From an uncultured Candidatus Rokubacteria bacterium (GTDB lineage Bacteria > Methylomirabilota > Methylomirabilia > Rokubacteriales > CSP1-6): a DNA stretch of 64,000 nt. A program made the position numbers and the translations under genes. The stretch lies in assembly GCA_963771355.1 (NCBI GenBank), contig CAVYTA010000008.1:89560-153559 (forward strand), given 5' to 3'. Positions 55,249 through 64,000 of this stretch are shown here, one piece after another; the first letter of the stretch is position 1, and each line of letters starts with the position of its first letter. The notes under the pieces were generated by a model. The model saw only the letters and a program-made list of their open reading frames with translations. It searched no databases and was not told where the DNA came from.

Positions 55249-56502
55249 TCAGCTCGGGTCGGCGGCGCGCAACCGCTTCGCTAGCGCCTGCAGGAGCTTC
55301 CATCCGATGGCGCCGTTCCTTTCGATCAGCGGGCGGAACTCCCAGAACGTGAGCCCGTAGCAAACCAGGTCGGTCGCAGCGGTCACCGTGGCCGAGCGGG
55401 GGCCGCCGTCGATCAGGGCGATCTCGCCGAAGTGGTCGCCCGGGCCGAGGGTGGCGAGGTCGACGCCTTTGCTCGAGACCGTGGCCTCCCCGGAGTCGAT
55501 GAGGAAGAAGGCGGCGCCCCCGGAGCCCTCCAGGATGACGGTCTCGCCCTTCGCGAAGCGGCGCTCCTTGAGCAGGCGGGCGATTTGCTCGACCTGCCTC
55601 CGGTCCATATCGGCGAAGAGCTGGGCGCGCCGGAGGGAGGCCACGGGGTTGCGCGGGGGCGGGCCGGACGGTGGTGCCTCGCTGCGCGCCTTCCCGGTGG
55701 TGACGGCGCGGCACTGGAGGAGGTAGAGCGTCCCACCCTGGAACGCCCATTCGATGTCGCGCCGCGGGCCGTAGACCTTCTCGCACTGCAGGGCGAGCTC
55801 GCCCAAGGCCGCTAGCTCGGCGTCGTCGAGGCAGAGCTGGTTCACCTGCGCGGGTGCCACTTGCTGCTCGAAGGTGCCTCCGTTCGGGAGCGAGCGGATC
55901 GCGATGCGCTTGCGCCCGATCTTGCGCTCCAGCACTTGGCCGGAACGGTCGAGGCGGAAGTGGTCCGGGACGACGAGGCCGGCAACCACGGCTTCACCGA
56001 GGCCCCAACTCCCTTCGATCAGGCGCTCATCGGCGCCGGTGACCGGGTGCTCGGTGAACATGACCCCGGCGACGGTGGGGTTGAGGAGCGTCTGGACGAC
56101 GACGCCGACGCTCGGCCGGGTGAACAGGCCGACACGCTGGCGATAGGTGATGGCCGAGTCCGAGTTCGCAGACCACCAGACTTCGCGGACGGCGCCGGGG
56201 ACATCGGCCGCCGAATGGACGTTGAGCACGGTGAGATGCTGGCCGGCGAAGCTCGCCGCCGCGCCGTCTTCGTCGACGGCGGACGACCGGACGGCGAACG
56301 GGGGCGGCAAGGCGGCGATGGCCTTCGCCACCCTTTCAATGGCCCTGTCCTCCCCCGAGGCGACGGCCTCGACCAAGTCGCCCGAGAGCGCCACGCCGGG
56401 AGGGACCGTGAGGCCCTGGCGCGCGGCGTCGCCGAGCCCCACGGCCTTCGACCCATAGAGCGATGTCTCGCGCGCCTTCGTGAAGGGGACGACCTTTTTC
56501 AC
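55249..56502 (-). CDS. PEP/pyruvate-binding (dikinase ATP-grasp) domain fused to a cNMP-binding domain
   Basis: GSKA, AVRSSAVDED, SFAGQH, WGLGEAVVAG, DIEWA, LQCRAVT, then a Pro-rich linker and HFGEIALIDGGPRSATVTA. Confidence 0.88.
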   Translation of the reverse strand: MKKVVPFTKARETSLYGSKAVGLGDAARQGLTVPPGVALSGDLVEAVASGEDRAIERVAKAIAALPPPFAVRSSAVDEDGAAASFAGQHLTVLNVHSAADVPGAVREVWWSANSDSAITYRQRVGLFTRPSVGVVVQTLLNPTVAGVMFTEHPVTGADERLIEGSWGLGEAVVAGLVVPDHFRLDRSGQVLERKIGRKRIAIRSLPNGGTFEQQVAPAQVNQLCLDDAELAALGELALQCEKVYGPRRDIEWAFQGGTLYLLQCRAVTTGKARSEAPPSGPPPRNPVASLRRAQLFADMDRRQVEQIARLLKERRFAKGETVILEGSGGAAFFLIDSGEATVSSKGVDLATLGPGDHFGEIALIDGGPRSATVTAATDLVCYGLTFWEFRPLIERNGAIGWKLLQALAKRLRAADPS

Positions 56503-58139
56503 CCGAGCACCGTAACTTCGCCGGCATCCCCGTCGACGCGAACAAGGACGCCGTCGGCGATGCGTTCGGTCGCCTCGCGGGTCCCGACGACGCCGGGGAT
56601 CCCGTACTCTCGCGAGACGATCGCCGCATGCGAAAGGAGGCCGCCGTTGTCGGTGACGATCCCGCCAAGGAGCGGGAGGAGGATGTTGAAGGCCTCGGTC
56701 GTCGACTCGGTGACGAGCACGTCGCCCTTGGCGATCCGGCCGAACTCGGAGGGGCCGGAGACGCGGCGCGCGGGCCCTTCGTAAACGCCCTTGCTCGCCG
56801 CAAGCCCGTAGAGGACTTTTTCTTCGTTCTGCGCCTGGGAGCTGCCGAAGAGGTGGCCCAAGGCGAGGAAGGTCGCGCGCATGAGACGGCCGACCGATGG
56901 GGGCAGGGCCGCGAGGTCAGACGGAGGCGGTGCGGGCGGGCCAAGGAAGGGCGGGACGTCTTTGGCGGTGTGGGTCGCGCGGTATTCGGCGCGCTTGGCG
57001 AGCTCGTCCGCGGACGGGCCACCGGCGCCGGCGACCAGCGCGCACATCTCGTCGAGGCTGGCGTCCAGCATCTGCTGGGGGGTGGCGATGCGGCCGCGAC
57101 TGGCGACCCGCCGGCCAGCCGCAAGGACGGCGCGCCGCATGAGGCCCGAGGCCCAGATGTCGCTGTAGACACCACGTTCGTCGCGGAGGCGATAGGTAAG
57201 GCGGGCCTCGCCGAGCAGTTCGTCGAACTCGACCTGGTGCGCCGCGGGGACTTGGGCGCGGACTTCGGCAATGCGGGCATCGACGTCCGAGGCGGCTTGG
57301 GCTTCTCCGGAAACGGCGATGCGGATGGCCCTAAGGAGTGCGTCCGGCAATTCGAGCACCGAGGGCTCGGCGATATCGAAGCCGTCGATGAGGCGGTTGC
57401 CGACCAAGTCGAGGTAGCCGGAGACCGCCGCGCCTGCTTCGCCCGCGAGGGAACGCAGGCTCGCGAGCACCTGGGCGGGGTCGCCGTCGGATGCGAGGAC
57501 CTCGCGGGCAGCGGGGTCCTGGGCGAACGCCCCTTTCAGGCGCTCCATCTCGTCGGAGCCACCCGCGGACACCACTGCCGAACCGCGCATCAGGCCCAGC
57601 AGCTCGGACGGCGGCAGGCCCGTCCAGTCCCCAGCGTGTACGAGGAAGTCCCCGGTTGGGAGCACGGCACCGGCGGTGAAACGCATGTGCTGGGCGATCA
57701 TGGCCGAATGGTGGTCGCGGCAGCGCGTCAGATAGGCGACCAGCTCCCCGTCGGAGAGGGCGTCCGGATTGACGGCCTGCAGCTCCCGGTGCGTGGCAAT
57801 GGAAGATGGTTTGCGATTCTCGTCCCAGTCGTGAAGCTGCTCCCGCCAGAGCTTCTGCACGAAGACTTGTTCAGCGCGCTGATAGCGCTCGGGGATTTCG
57901 GCATCTGGAGCCGGCAGCACCTGGTTGTAGCCGAAGCCGTTCACGTAGCCGATCTGGAGGCCGTCGATGAGCATCCCGTAGAAACGGGCGAAGTCGTTGG
58001 TGCCCCTCTTGAAGGAGGGGGAATGCGTCTCCTGGAAGTAGCGCGTCATCGGGCGCGGGAAGTGCACGGCGTCTTGCTCCCACGATCCTGGCCCTGGCGG
58101 CTCAAAACGGAGTTCGGTCGAGGTGTCTGACGTGGTCAT
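56499..58139 (-). CDS. Substrate-binding + phospho-His swivel domain protein (C-terminal half of RPH/PEP-synthase-like dikinase)
   Basis: C-terminal GPARRV, GDVLVT, GGLLSHAAIVSREYGIPGVVG, VRVDGDAGEV after a long helical domain; GTGA overlap with the next gene. Confidence 0.88.
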   Translation of the reverse strand: MTTSDTSTELRFEPPGPGSWEQDAVHFPRPMTRYFQETHSPSFKRGTNDFARFYGMLIDGLQIGYVNGFGYNQVLPAPDAEIPERYQRAEQVFVQKLWREQLHDWDENRKPSSIATHRELQAVNPDALSDGELVAYLTRCRDHHSAMIAQHMRFTAGAVLPTGDFLVHAGDWTGLPPSELLGLMRGSAVVSAGGSDEMERLKGAFAQDPAAREVLASDGDPAQVLASLRSLAGEAGAAVSGYLDLVGNRLIDGFDIAEPSVLELPDALLRAIRIAVSGEAQAASDVDARIAEVRAQVPAAHQVEFDELLGEARLTYRLRDERGVYSDIWASGLMRRAVLAAGRRVASRGRIATPQQMLDASLDEMCALVAGAGGPSADELAKRAEYRATHTAKDVPPFLGPPAPPPSDLAALPPSVGRLMRATFLALGHLFGSSQAQNEEKVLYGLAASKGVYEGPARRVSGPSEFGRIAKGDVLVTESTTEAFNILLPLLGGIVTDNGGLLSHAAIVSREYGIPGVVGTREATERIADGVLVRVDGDAGEVTVLG

Positions 58140-58394
58140 GGCGGTCCCTCTCTCTGGGACGGCCCGCGGATTTCGCGGCGCCGCTGGCGACCATTGTCCC
58201 GTTCGGAACGCAGGGCAAGGTGCCCGTTCAGGCCCCCCCTCTTTAGCAGGGGCGCGGAAGTGCGACAATCGGACCAAAGGCCTAGTGCCGTTGCACGAAA
58301 GGAGGTTCGCGCAGCGAAGCTCCATCCACTCCATCGTGTGCTCCGATGGCGATTCTCCGGGTCCGGGGTTCCCTGCCCTTCCATTCATCCCCAA

Positions 58395-58520
58395 GCTTCG
58401 CTCAGGAGCCTCCCGAGCGCCAGGGCGCCGCGGAAGTTGTAGGCGCGCTCGCGTCCTGAGCCGCGCCCGACTCTAGCTCGATCTTGTCGGCGAGGACGTT
58501 CCGCAGCATCCCTTTCGTTG
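58395..58520 (-). mobile_element. Possible C-terminal remnant of a large serine recombinase
   Basis: MLRNVLADKIELE then, after a frame change, GSGRERAYNFRGALALGRLLSEA; resembles recombinase tails from memory. Confidence 0.45.
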
Positions 58521-58928
58521 CAAGCGCCTCGCAAAACAGACTGCAGTAGACTGGCGCACGCGGGATCCGACGAGGTGGGGCGCCAAGCGTTGGATGGGGG
58601 TGCGGCGATGAACCATGGTCCGACTGTACGCCGCTGCAGGCATGCACTTGCCGGTCCAACTGCTTCAACCGCGCGATCGCCCTCGAACGTCGCCTTGCCG
58701 GGTCTCCGACCTCGGCGATTGGTGGTGAGGAGGTCAGGCTAAGCGCAGCCTACGACTACCTCCGGGAGGTCTACCCGTCCGGTACGACGGCCGAGTTCAT
58801 GTCACGCGGCCCGATGGAAGACATATTCTTGGTCCTGGGTGAAGGAACGCGCGGCGTCGTGTTTGGTCTCCGAGCAACTGAAACTGGTCACGCGTTCAAT
58901 GCTATGGTGTCGAACGGACGGGTGGTCT

Positions 58929-59459
58929 TCATGACGGGGTCGTCGACCGCCACCACCTGATCGAAGCGGTCGAATGGCACCTCGCTCTCGGGTCCCGTTC
59001 GCGGCATGTGGGGATTGATCTCGGCGATGACGTGGCGGGCCGCGAGCGCAGCCGCTCGGGTGATGTCCACCGAAACGCCGAGGCTGCACGCACCGCGCTC
59101 ATCCGGCGGGCTGACCTGCACGAGGGCGACGTCGAGAGCGAGCTGGCCGCTCCGGAGGAGCCGCGGCACCTCGGCCAGCGACATGGGAATGTAGTCGACG
59201 CCGCCCGCCGATGTCCCGGCCGACGTAAAAAGCCCGCCGCCGGAATGCGCTCCACGGCCGCCCGTCGCGCTGCCCGGTGGCGCCGTCGGTCAGGAAATGG
59301 ACGAGCTGAACCCCGGCCGGCGGCGGGGCACACGCTTCGAGCGCGCCCAGCAGCGTCCGCGGCGTCGCGCACGCGCTCCCCACGAAGACGCGATCGCCCG
59401 CTCCGCCGGCACTGCGCGCTCGCGCCAATCGGATCCCACCGCTGCCGTCACGCAGTCAT
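58929..59459 (-). pseudogene. Acetyl-CoA hydrolase/transferase N-terminal fragment
   Basis: GDRVFVGSACATP, DVALVQVSPPDERGACSLGVSVD, IAEINPHMPRT; frameshifted and truncated after VVAVDDPV. Confidence 0.8.
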
Positions 59460-59601
59460 CTCAGTCGGTATCCCGGATCGCCCCGTCACTCGGTCGCAAG
59501 TCATCCTGTGCCCTCGCTCCCAGAGCGTCAAGGGATACCCCCATCGAAGATACGCCACATGAACGCCCTCCGTAGGTGGTCGCCGCGTCCGTGGCCCCCC
59601 G

Positions 59602-60627
59602 TCAGAAGCTGAGGGGGATTTCCCGCCCCTCGCGCAGGGAGCGCTCCGCCTCGACGCATACGATCACGCGCTTGCGCGCTTCTTCGCCCGACACCAGCGG
59701 CCGCCGCTCGCGGAACGCCACCACGGCTTGCGCGAGCTGCGTCTCCAGCTCGAACAGCTCGCCGGACGCGGCCAGCGTGACAGTCTCGACCTCGCCCGCG
59801 CCGCGGCGCTGGAGCTTCAGCTCGTACGCGGGTCGGCGCGTGCGGTCCATCGTGCCCGACCACCACGCACGGATGGAGCCTTCGCGGCCGACCACCTCGG
59901 TCACGTGGTGGTACTCGAAAGCGGCCAGCGTCTCGGTGACGACGGCGTAGGCGCCGCCGCGGAAACGCAGGAGCGCGGTGAAGTTGTCCTCCATGCCTTC
60001 CTCCGGGTTTCGGCCGTTGCCGAGGGCCAGGACCGACACGGGGTCGCCCTGACGCTCGAGGTACCACATGACGGAATCGAAGGCGTGGACGGGCTCCTCG
60101 AGGATCCAGGAGCCCACGCGCGATCGGTCGTGACGCCAGCCGTCGGCGCCGGGACGGTAGGGGAAGCGGAAGAGGGTCTGGAGTGCGTATCGCGGCTCGC
60201 CGATGTCGCCCGCGTCGATGATCGCCTTCACGCGGCCCCACTGGGTCGAGAGTCTCAGCTCGTGGCCGATCGTGAGAACCCGCCCCGTCCGGCGGGCCGC
60301 CGCGAGGAGCCGGTCGCACTGCTCCGGAGTGGCGGCCATCGGCTTCTCGAGCAAGACGTCCTTGCCATGGTCGAGGGCGGCGACGCCGATCTCCTCGTGC
60401 AGGTGGTTGGGGACCACCACGTCGGCCACCTCCACGTCAGCGCGCGCCAGGAGCTCCCGGTAGTCGACGTGCACCGGCACGTCAGGGAAGTCGCGCCGCG
60501 CGGCGGCCGCCGTCGCCTCACTCCGGCAGGCAATGGCGGCGAGCACCGCGCCGGGAGCTTTCCGGATGGCGGTCGCGTGGTGACGGCCCCACAGCCCGTA
60601 GCCGATCAGGCCGAAGCGCATGCTCAT
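59602..60627 (-). CDS. Gfo/Idh/MocA-family oxidoreductase
   Basis: GLIGYGLWG, VPNHLH, VLLEKPMA, GDIGE. Confidence 0.92.
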   Translation of the reverse strand: MSMRFGLIGYGLWGRHHATAIRKAPGAVLAAIACRSEATAAAARRDFPDVPVHVDYRELLARADVEVADVVVPNHLHEEIGVAALDHGKDVLLEKPMAATPEQCDRLLAAARRTGRVLTIGHELRLSTQWGRVKAIIDAGDIGEPRYALQTLFRFPYRPGADGWRHDRSRVGSWILEEPVHAFDSVMWYLERQGDPVSVLALGNGRNPEEGMEDNFTALLRFRGGAYAVVTETLAAFEYHHVTEVVGREGSIRAWWSGTMDRTRRPAYELKLQRRGAGEVETVTLAASGELFELETQLAQAVVAFRERRPLVSGEEARKRVIVCVEAERSLREGREIPLSF

Positions 60628-61514
60628 CCCTTGACCGCGCCCGCGACCAGGCCGCGTACGACGTACTTCTGCAGGAGCAGGACCAGCGCGAGCGTGGGCA
60701 GGAGGCCGAGCAGGCAGATTGCCATCATCAGGGTGAAGAAGACGAAGTAGTCCGAGACGAGCCCGGCCAGGATCACCGGCACCGTCATCGCCTCGGGTCG
60801 GTTGACGACGATGAGCGGGATCAGCAGCTCGTGCCAGGAGATGATGAACAGAATCACCGCACACGCCGCCAGGCCGGGTGTCGAGAGCGGCAGGATCATA
60901 CGGATGAACGCGGTGAAGCGCGTGCAACCGTCGATCCGGGCGGCGTCCTCCAGCTCCCCGGGGAAGGAGGCGAAGTACGGCACCAGGATCATGATGGCGT
61001 ACGGGATCAGGAAGCCGACCTCGGCGAGGATCACGCCGGTGAGCGAGTTCAGCAGCCCATAACTGCGGAAGAGGACGTACAGCGGAACCATGAGGACGAT
61101 CAGCGGCACCATCCGGCTCATGGCGCTCATCTGGAGCAGCGCCCGCGTCCAGCGCACCCGGAGGCGGGCGATCGTGTAGGCCGACAGGCTGGCCAGGGCC
61201 AGCGCGATCAGCGTGACCGCGACGCCGACGATGAGGCTGTTGAGGAACGCGGCCGGGAAGCGGTCGATCGATTTCGGCAGGTAGGACACCTGCTCGAAGA
61301 TCGGCCCGCGCTGCGTGCCGGCGGACAGGATGAGCCGGAAGTTGGCGGCGGTGTACTCGCGCGGTAGGAGTGCCCGCGTGTCTCCCTGCAGCGTCTTTTC
61401 CGACTGAACGCTCGACAGGACGAGGGGGGCCAACGGCGCGACCAGGAACGTGATCGCCATGATGTTCGCGATCCAGAGCGCCCCCCGCCGTGGCCACGAC
61501 AGATGTCGGCTCAC
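60624..61514 (-). CDS. Carbohydrate ABC permease (MalG-like)
   Basis: FLNSLIV, ELEDAARIDG, ILPLSTPG. Confidence 0.9.
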   Translation of the reverse strand: MSRHLSWPRRGALWIANIMAITFLVAPLAPLVLSSVQSEKTLQGDTRALLPREYTAANFRLILSAGTQRGPIFEQVSYLPKSIDRFPAAFLNSLIVGVAVTLIALALASLSAYTIARLRVRWTRALLQMSAMSRMVPLIVLMVPLYVLFRSYGLLNSLTGVILAEVGFLIPYAIMILVPYFASFPGELEDAARIDGCTRFTAFIRMILPLSTPGLAACAVILFIISWHELLIPLIVVNRPEAMTVPVILAGLVSDYFVFFTLMMAICLLGLLPTLALVLLLQKYVVRGLVAGAVKG

Positions 61515-62428
61515 CAGTCCACCCGCCGGTAGACGAAGCGCACGTAGAGGAGCGCGACGGCGCCGATGATCAGCGTGAGCGCCCACGCGGAGGCGGCGCC
61601 GAGACCGATGTTGAACGGTGGCTGGAACGTCATCTTGTAGGTGTACCAGGCCGCCACCCACGTGGCGTTGCCCGGACCGCCCTGGGTGATGGCGAAGATC
61701 TCGTCGAACACCATGAAGCCGAACGTGGTGCGGAGGATCAGCGTCACCGCGATGATCGGCCGCAGCAGGGGCAGGGTGAGGCTCCAGAAGGCCGACCAGC
61801 CCGACGCGCCGTCCACCTCGGCGGCCTCGTACAGCTCGCGCGGGATGCCCTGGAGGGCCGCGTGGTAGAGGAGGATGTTGAACGGCGTGGTGCGCCACAC
61901 ATAGGCGGCGATCACCGCCGCCATCGCGAACGTCGGGTTGCCCAGCCAGTTCACGTAGCTGTCGATGAGGCCGAGCGCCGCCAGCGTGCGGTTGAGATAG
62001 CCGTACTGGGCGTTGAGGATGAACGACCAGAGGAGCCCGTTCACGATCGGCGGGACCGCCCAGGGGACCAGGATCAGGACACGGGTTACGCGCGAGATCC
62101 ACACCCGCTCCTCGTTCACGATGAGCGCGATGACGAGCCCGATCACGACCTCGAGGACGACGGAGGCGGCGACGAAAAGGAGCGTGTGGCGGAGCGAGAG
62201 CCAGAACAGGTCGTCCCGGAAGAGGCGCGCGAAGTTCGCCAGGCCGGCGAAGGGGAACTCCCCCGTGCGGAGCTGGCGAAGGCTGACCTCGTGGAGGGAG
62301 AGGTAGCCCGCGTAGACGATCGGGTAGGCGAGCACCAGGGCCAGGCAGAGGATCGACGGCGCGTTCATCAGCACCGCGAGCCGCCCCGCCGGCAGCTCCC
62401 CGCGTCTGAGCGCGGTCTCCCGGGTCAC
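61511..62428 (-). CDS. Carbohydrate ABC permease (MalF-like)
   Basis: GLANF, ELYEAAEVDGA, TQGGPG. Confidence 0.92.
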   Translation of the reverse strand: MTRETALRRGELPAGRLAVLMNAPSILCLALVLAYPIVYAGYLSLHEVSLRQLRTGEFPFAGLANFARLFRDDLFWLSLRHTLLFVAASVVLEVVIGLVIALIVNEERVWISRVTRVLILVPWAVPPIVNGLLWSFILNAQYGYLNRTLAALGLIDSYVNWLGNPTFAMAAVIAAYVWRTTPFNILLYHAALQGIPRELYEAAEVDGASGWSAFWSLTLPLLRPIIAVTLILRTTFGFMVFDEIFAITQGGPGNATWVAAWYTYKMTFQPPFNIGLGAASAWALTLIIGAVALLYVRFVYRRVDW

Positions 62429-62462
62429 CGCGCGATCCGCGTGCGCTGGATCCGCCCGGAAG

Positions 62463-63818
62463 TCAGGCGCTCTTGGCCTTGGCGATGGCGGCGACCATGT
62501 TGTCGCACGCCTGATCGGCGGTGATCTTGCCCTGCAGGCACGCGGTCAGCTCCACGTTCATGGCGTCGCTCCAGCGCGGGTACCACTTCTGGGAGACGGC
62601 GGGCACCACGTCGGAGAAGTTGGACGCGCGGGTCCAGATGTCGAGGATCGTCGGCACGTCGCCCCACTTCGCCCAGCCCTGCTTCAGGAGATTGCTCTCC
62701 ATGACCGACTGGTAGCCGCTGCCGAGCATGGCGTCGGTGGCCAGGCGATTGGCTTGCGTGTATTGCCCGTCCTTGGTGCGGCCGCCCAGGTACTGGAGGA
62801 GCTTCCAGGCCCATTCCTTGTTCTTGGTCGCGCTGGTGAGGATGTAGAGCATGGTGTACCCGATGGTCTTGCCGTCACCCGGGTGCCCGACGACGCGGCC
62901 CTTGCCCGCGATCGGCGAATTGGCAGGGTCGTTCACGAGGCTCACGTAGTAGTGGTGGAGCGTGCCGAGGTAGACGTGCTGGCCGGCGTTGAACGCTTTC
63001 ACGGCCGGGATGAATCGGAGGTTGAGCGAGTTCGGATCCGCCAGCTCCTCCTTGAACGTGTTCTGCCACCACTTGAGCGTCTCGCGCGCGATGGACCCGG
63101 CCCCGAGCTGAGGGGCCAGCTGCTTGTCGAAGATCACGCCGCCGCGGTTGTGCGTCATGCTGAACCAGGTCGCCGGAAGCTGCTCGAAGCCCGCCCCCGC
63201 CACCCAGAGGATCGGATACTTGCAGACCCCGTCCTTCTTGGCCTTGCGACTCTGCTCGAGCAGCTCGGGGTAGCTCTTGAACGGCTTGCCCTTGAAGCCG
63301 GCCTTGCCGAGCAGCTCGTCGTTGTAGATGAAGACCCACACCGTGGAGAAATACGGGAGCCCCCACGTCTTTCCATCGCGCTGGGCGATGGCCTTCGTGA
63401 ACGGCGTGAAGTCCTTGACGTACTGATCCACCCCGGGCAACCCGTCGATGGGCGTGGCGATGCCCTGGTCGATGTAGCTCGCGAGGTACTGCATGGGCGA
63501 CTGCGAGACATCGACCGTGTCGCCGGCCGCGTACATGGCGGTGAGCTTCGCCACCTGGGGCTCGACGTTGGGCTCGATGATCTGGTTGACCTTGACCGAC
63601 CAGTCCTGCTCGAACTGCTTGGCGATCTGCTCGTAGATCTTGCCGTACTGCCAGACGACGAAGGTGACATCTGGCGGGCTGCCGGCCGGACGCGCCGCCC
63701 ATGGCGCGGCCTGCGCGCCGAGGGGGTTCGGCATCATCGACAACCCCGCCGCGGCGGCGGACGCGCGAAGGAACTGCCGGCGATCGAGGCGGGTGGACGA
63801 GACGTGCGATGTGGCCAT
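62463..63818 (-). CDS. Tat-exported sugar-type ABC substrate-binding protein
   Basis: DRRQFL twin-arginine signal, DGKTWGLPY, YNDELL, AWKLLQYL. Confidence 0.9.
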   Translation of the reverse strand: MATSHVSSTRLDRRQFLRASAAAAGLSMMPNPLGAQAAPWAARPAGSPPDVTFVVWQYGKIYEQIAKQFEQDWSVKVNQIIEPNVEPQVAKLTAMYAAGDTVDVSQSPMQYLASYIDQGIATPIDGLPGVDQYVKDFTPFTKAIAQRDGKTWGLPYFSTVWVFIYNDELLGKAGFKGKPFKSYPELLEQSRKAKKDGVCKYPILWVAGAGFEQLPATWFSMTHNRGGVIFDKQLAPQLGAGSIARETLKWWQNTFKEELADPNSLNLRFIPAVKAFNAGQHVYLGTLHHYYVSLVNDPANSPIAGKGRVVGHPGDGKTIGYTMLYILTSATKNKEWAWKLLQYLGGRTKDGQYTQANRLATDAMLGSGYQSVMESNLLKQGWAKWGDVPTILDIWTRASNFSDVVPAVSQKWYPRWSDAMNVELTACLQGKITADQACDNMVAAIAKAKSA

Positions 63819-64000
63819 GGTTCCTCCCGGGGAGCTTCGCTCCCGAGCGACGTGGGGCGGTCCCGATGCTCGAACGCTACCGCGTGAGCCCGCGTGCACG
63901 CGGCACGTGCAGGATAGGCGAACCCGGTCGGCTCCCGCAACACCCGTGGGAGGCCAGGCGGAAGACGAAACCTCTAGCCGTACCCTGGCCCCGAGGCGCC

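Noticed and set aside
63820..64000. Riboswitch in the sugar ABC leader
   Set aside because: Only short GC palindromes (cgtgcacg, gcacgtgc); no recognisable aptamer consensus.

Overview
GC-rich bacterial chromosomal window. The gene repertoire (giant [12 protein letters not shown] multi-GAF kinase, many ABC substrate-binding proteins, LLM enzymes) resembles Candidatus Rokubacteria/Methylomirabilota; this is inference, not a database result. Many otherwise intact genes carry single-base frameshifts, most likely long-read consensus errors. Core content: a peptide-type ABC operon, an 11-GAF hybrid kinase/receiver/HisKA-REC-nucleotide cyclase relay, an LLM-led catabolic operon, a twin-protease/LuxR trio, Crp plus a CheB-CheR kinase, an ABC/AroM/DUF917/hydantoinase operon and a sugar ABC operon. 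Two accessory blocks stand out. (1) 31.4-35.8 kb: an integron-type cassette array with three full attC hairpins, one truncated attC and a candidate attI, but no integrase; where intI would be expected there are four GTGTAGC repeats and a tRNA-Sec-like remnant. (2) About 54.3-59.5 kb: a split rifampin-phosphotransferase/PEP-synthase-like dikinase whose ATP-binding subunit is fused to an intact cyclic-nucleotide-binding domain, next to a possible serine-recombinase remnant. All calls come from reading motifs by eye; no searches were run.
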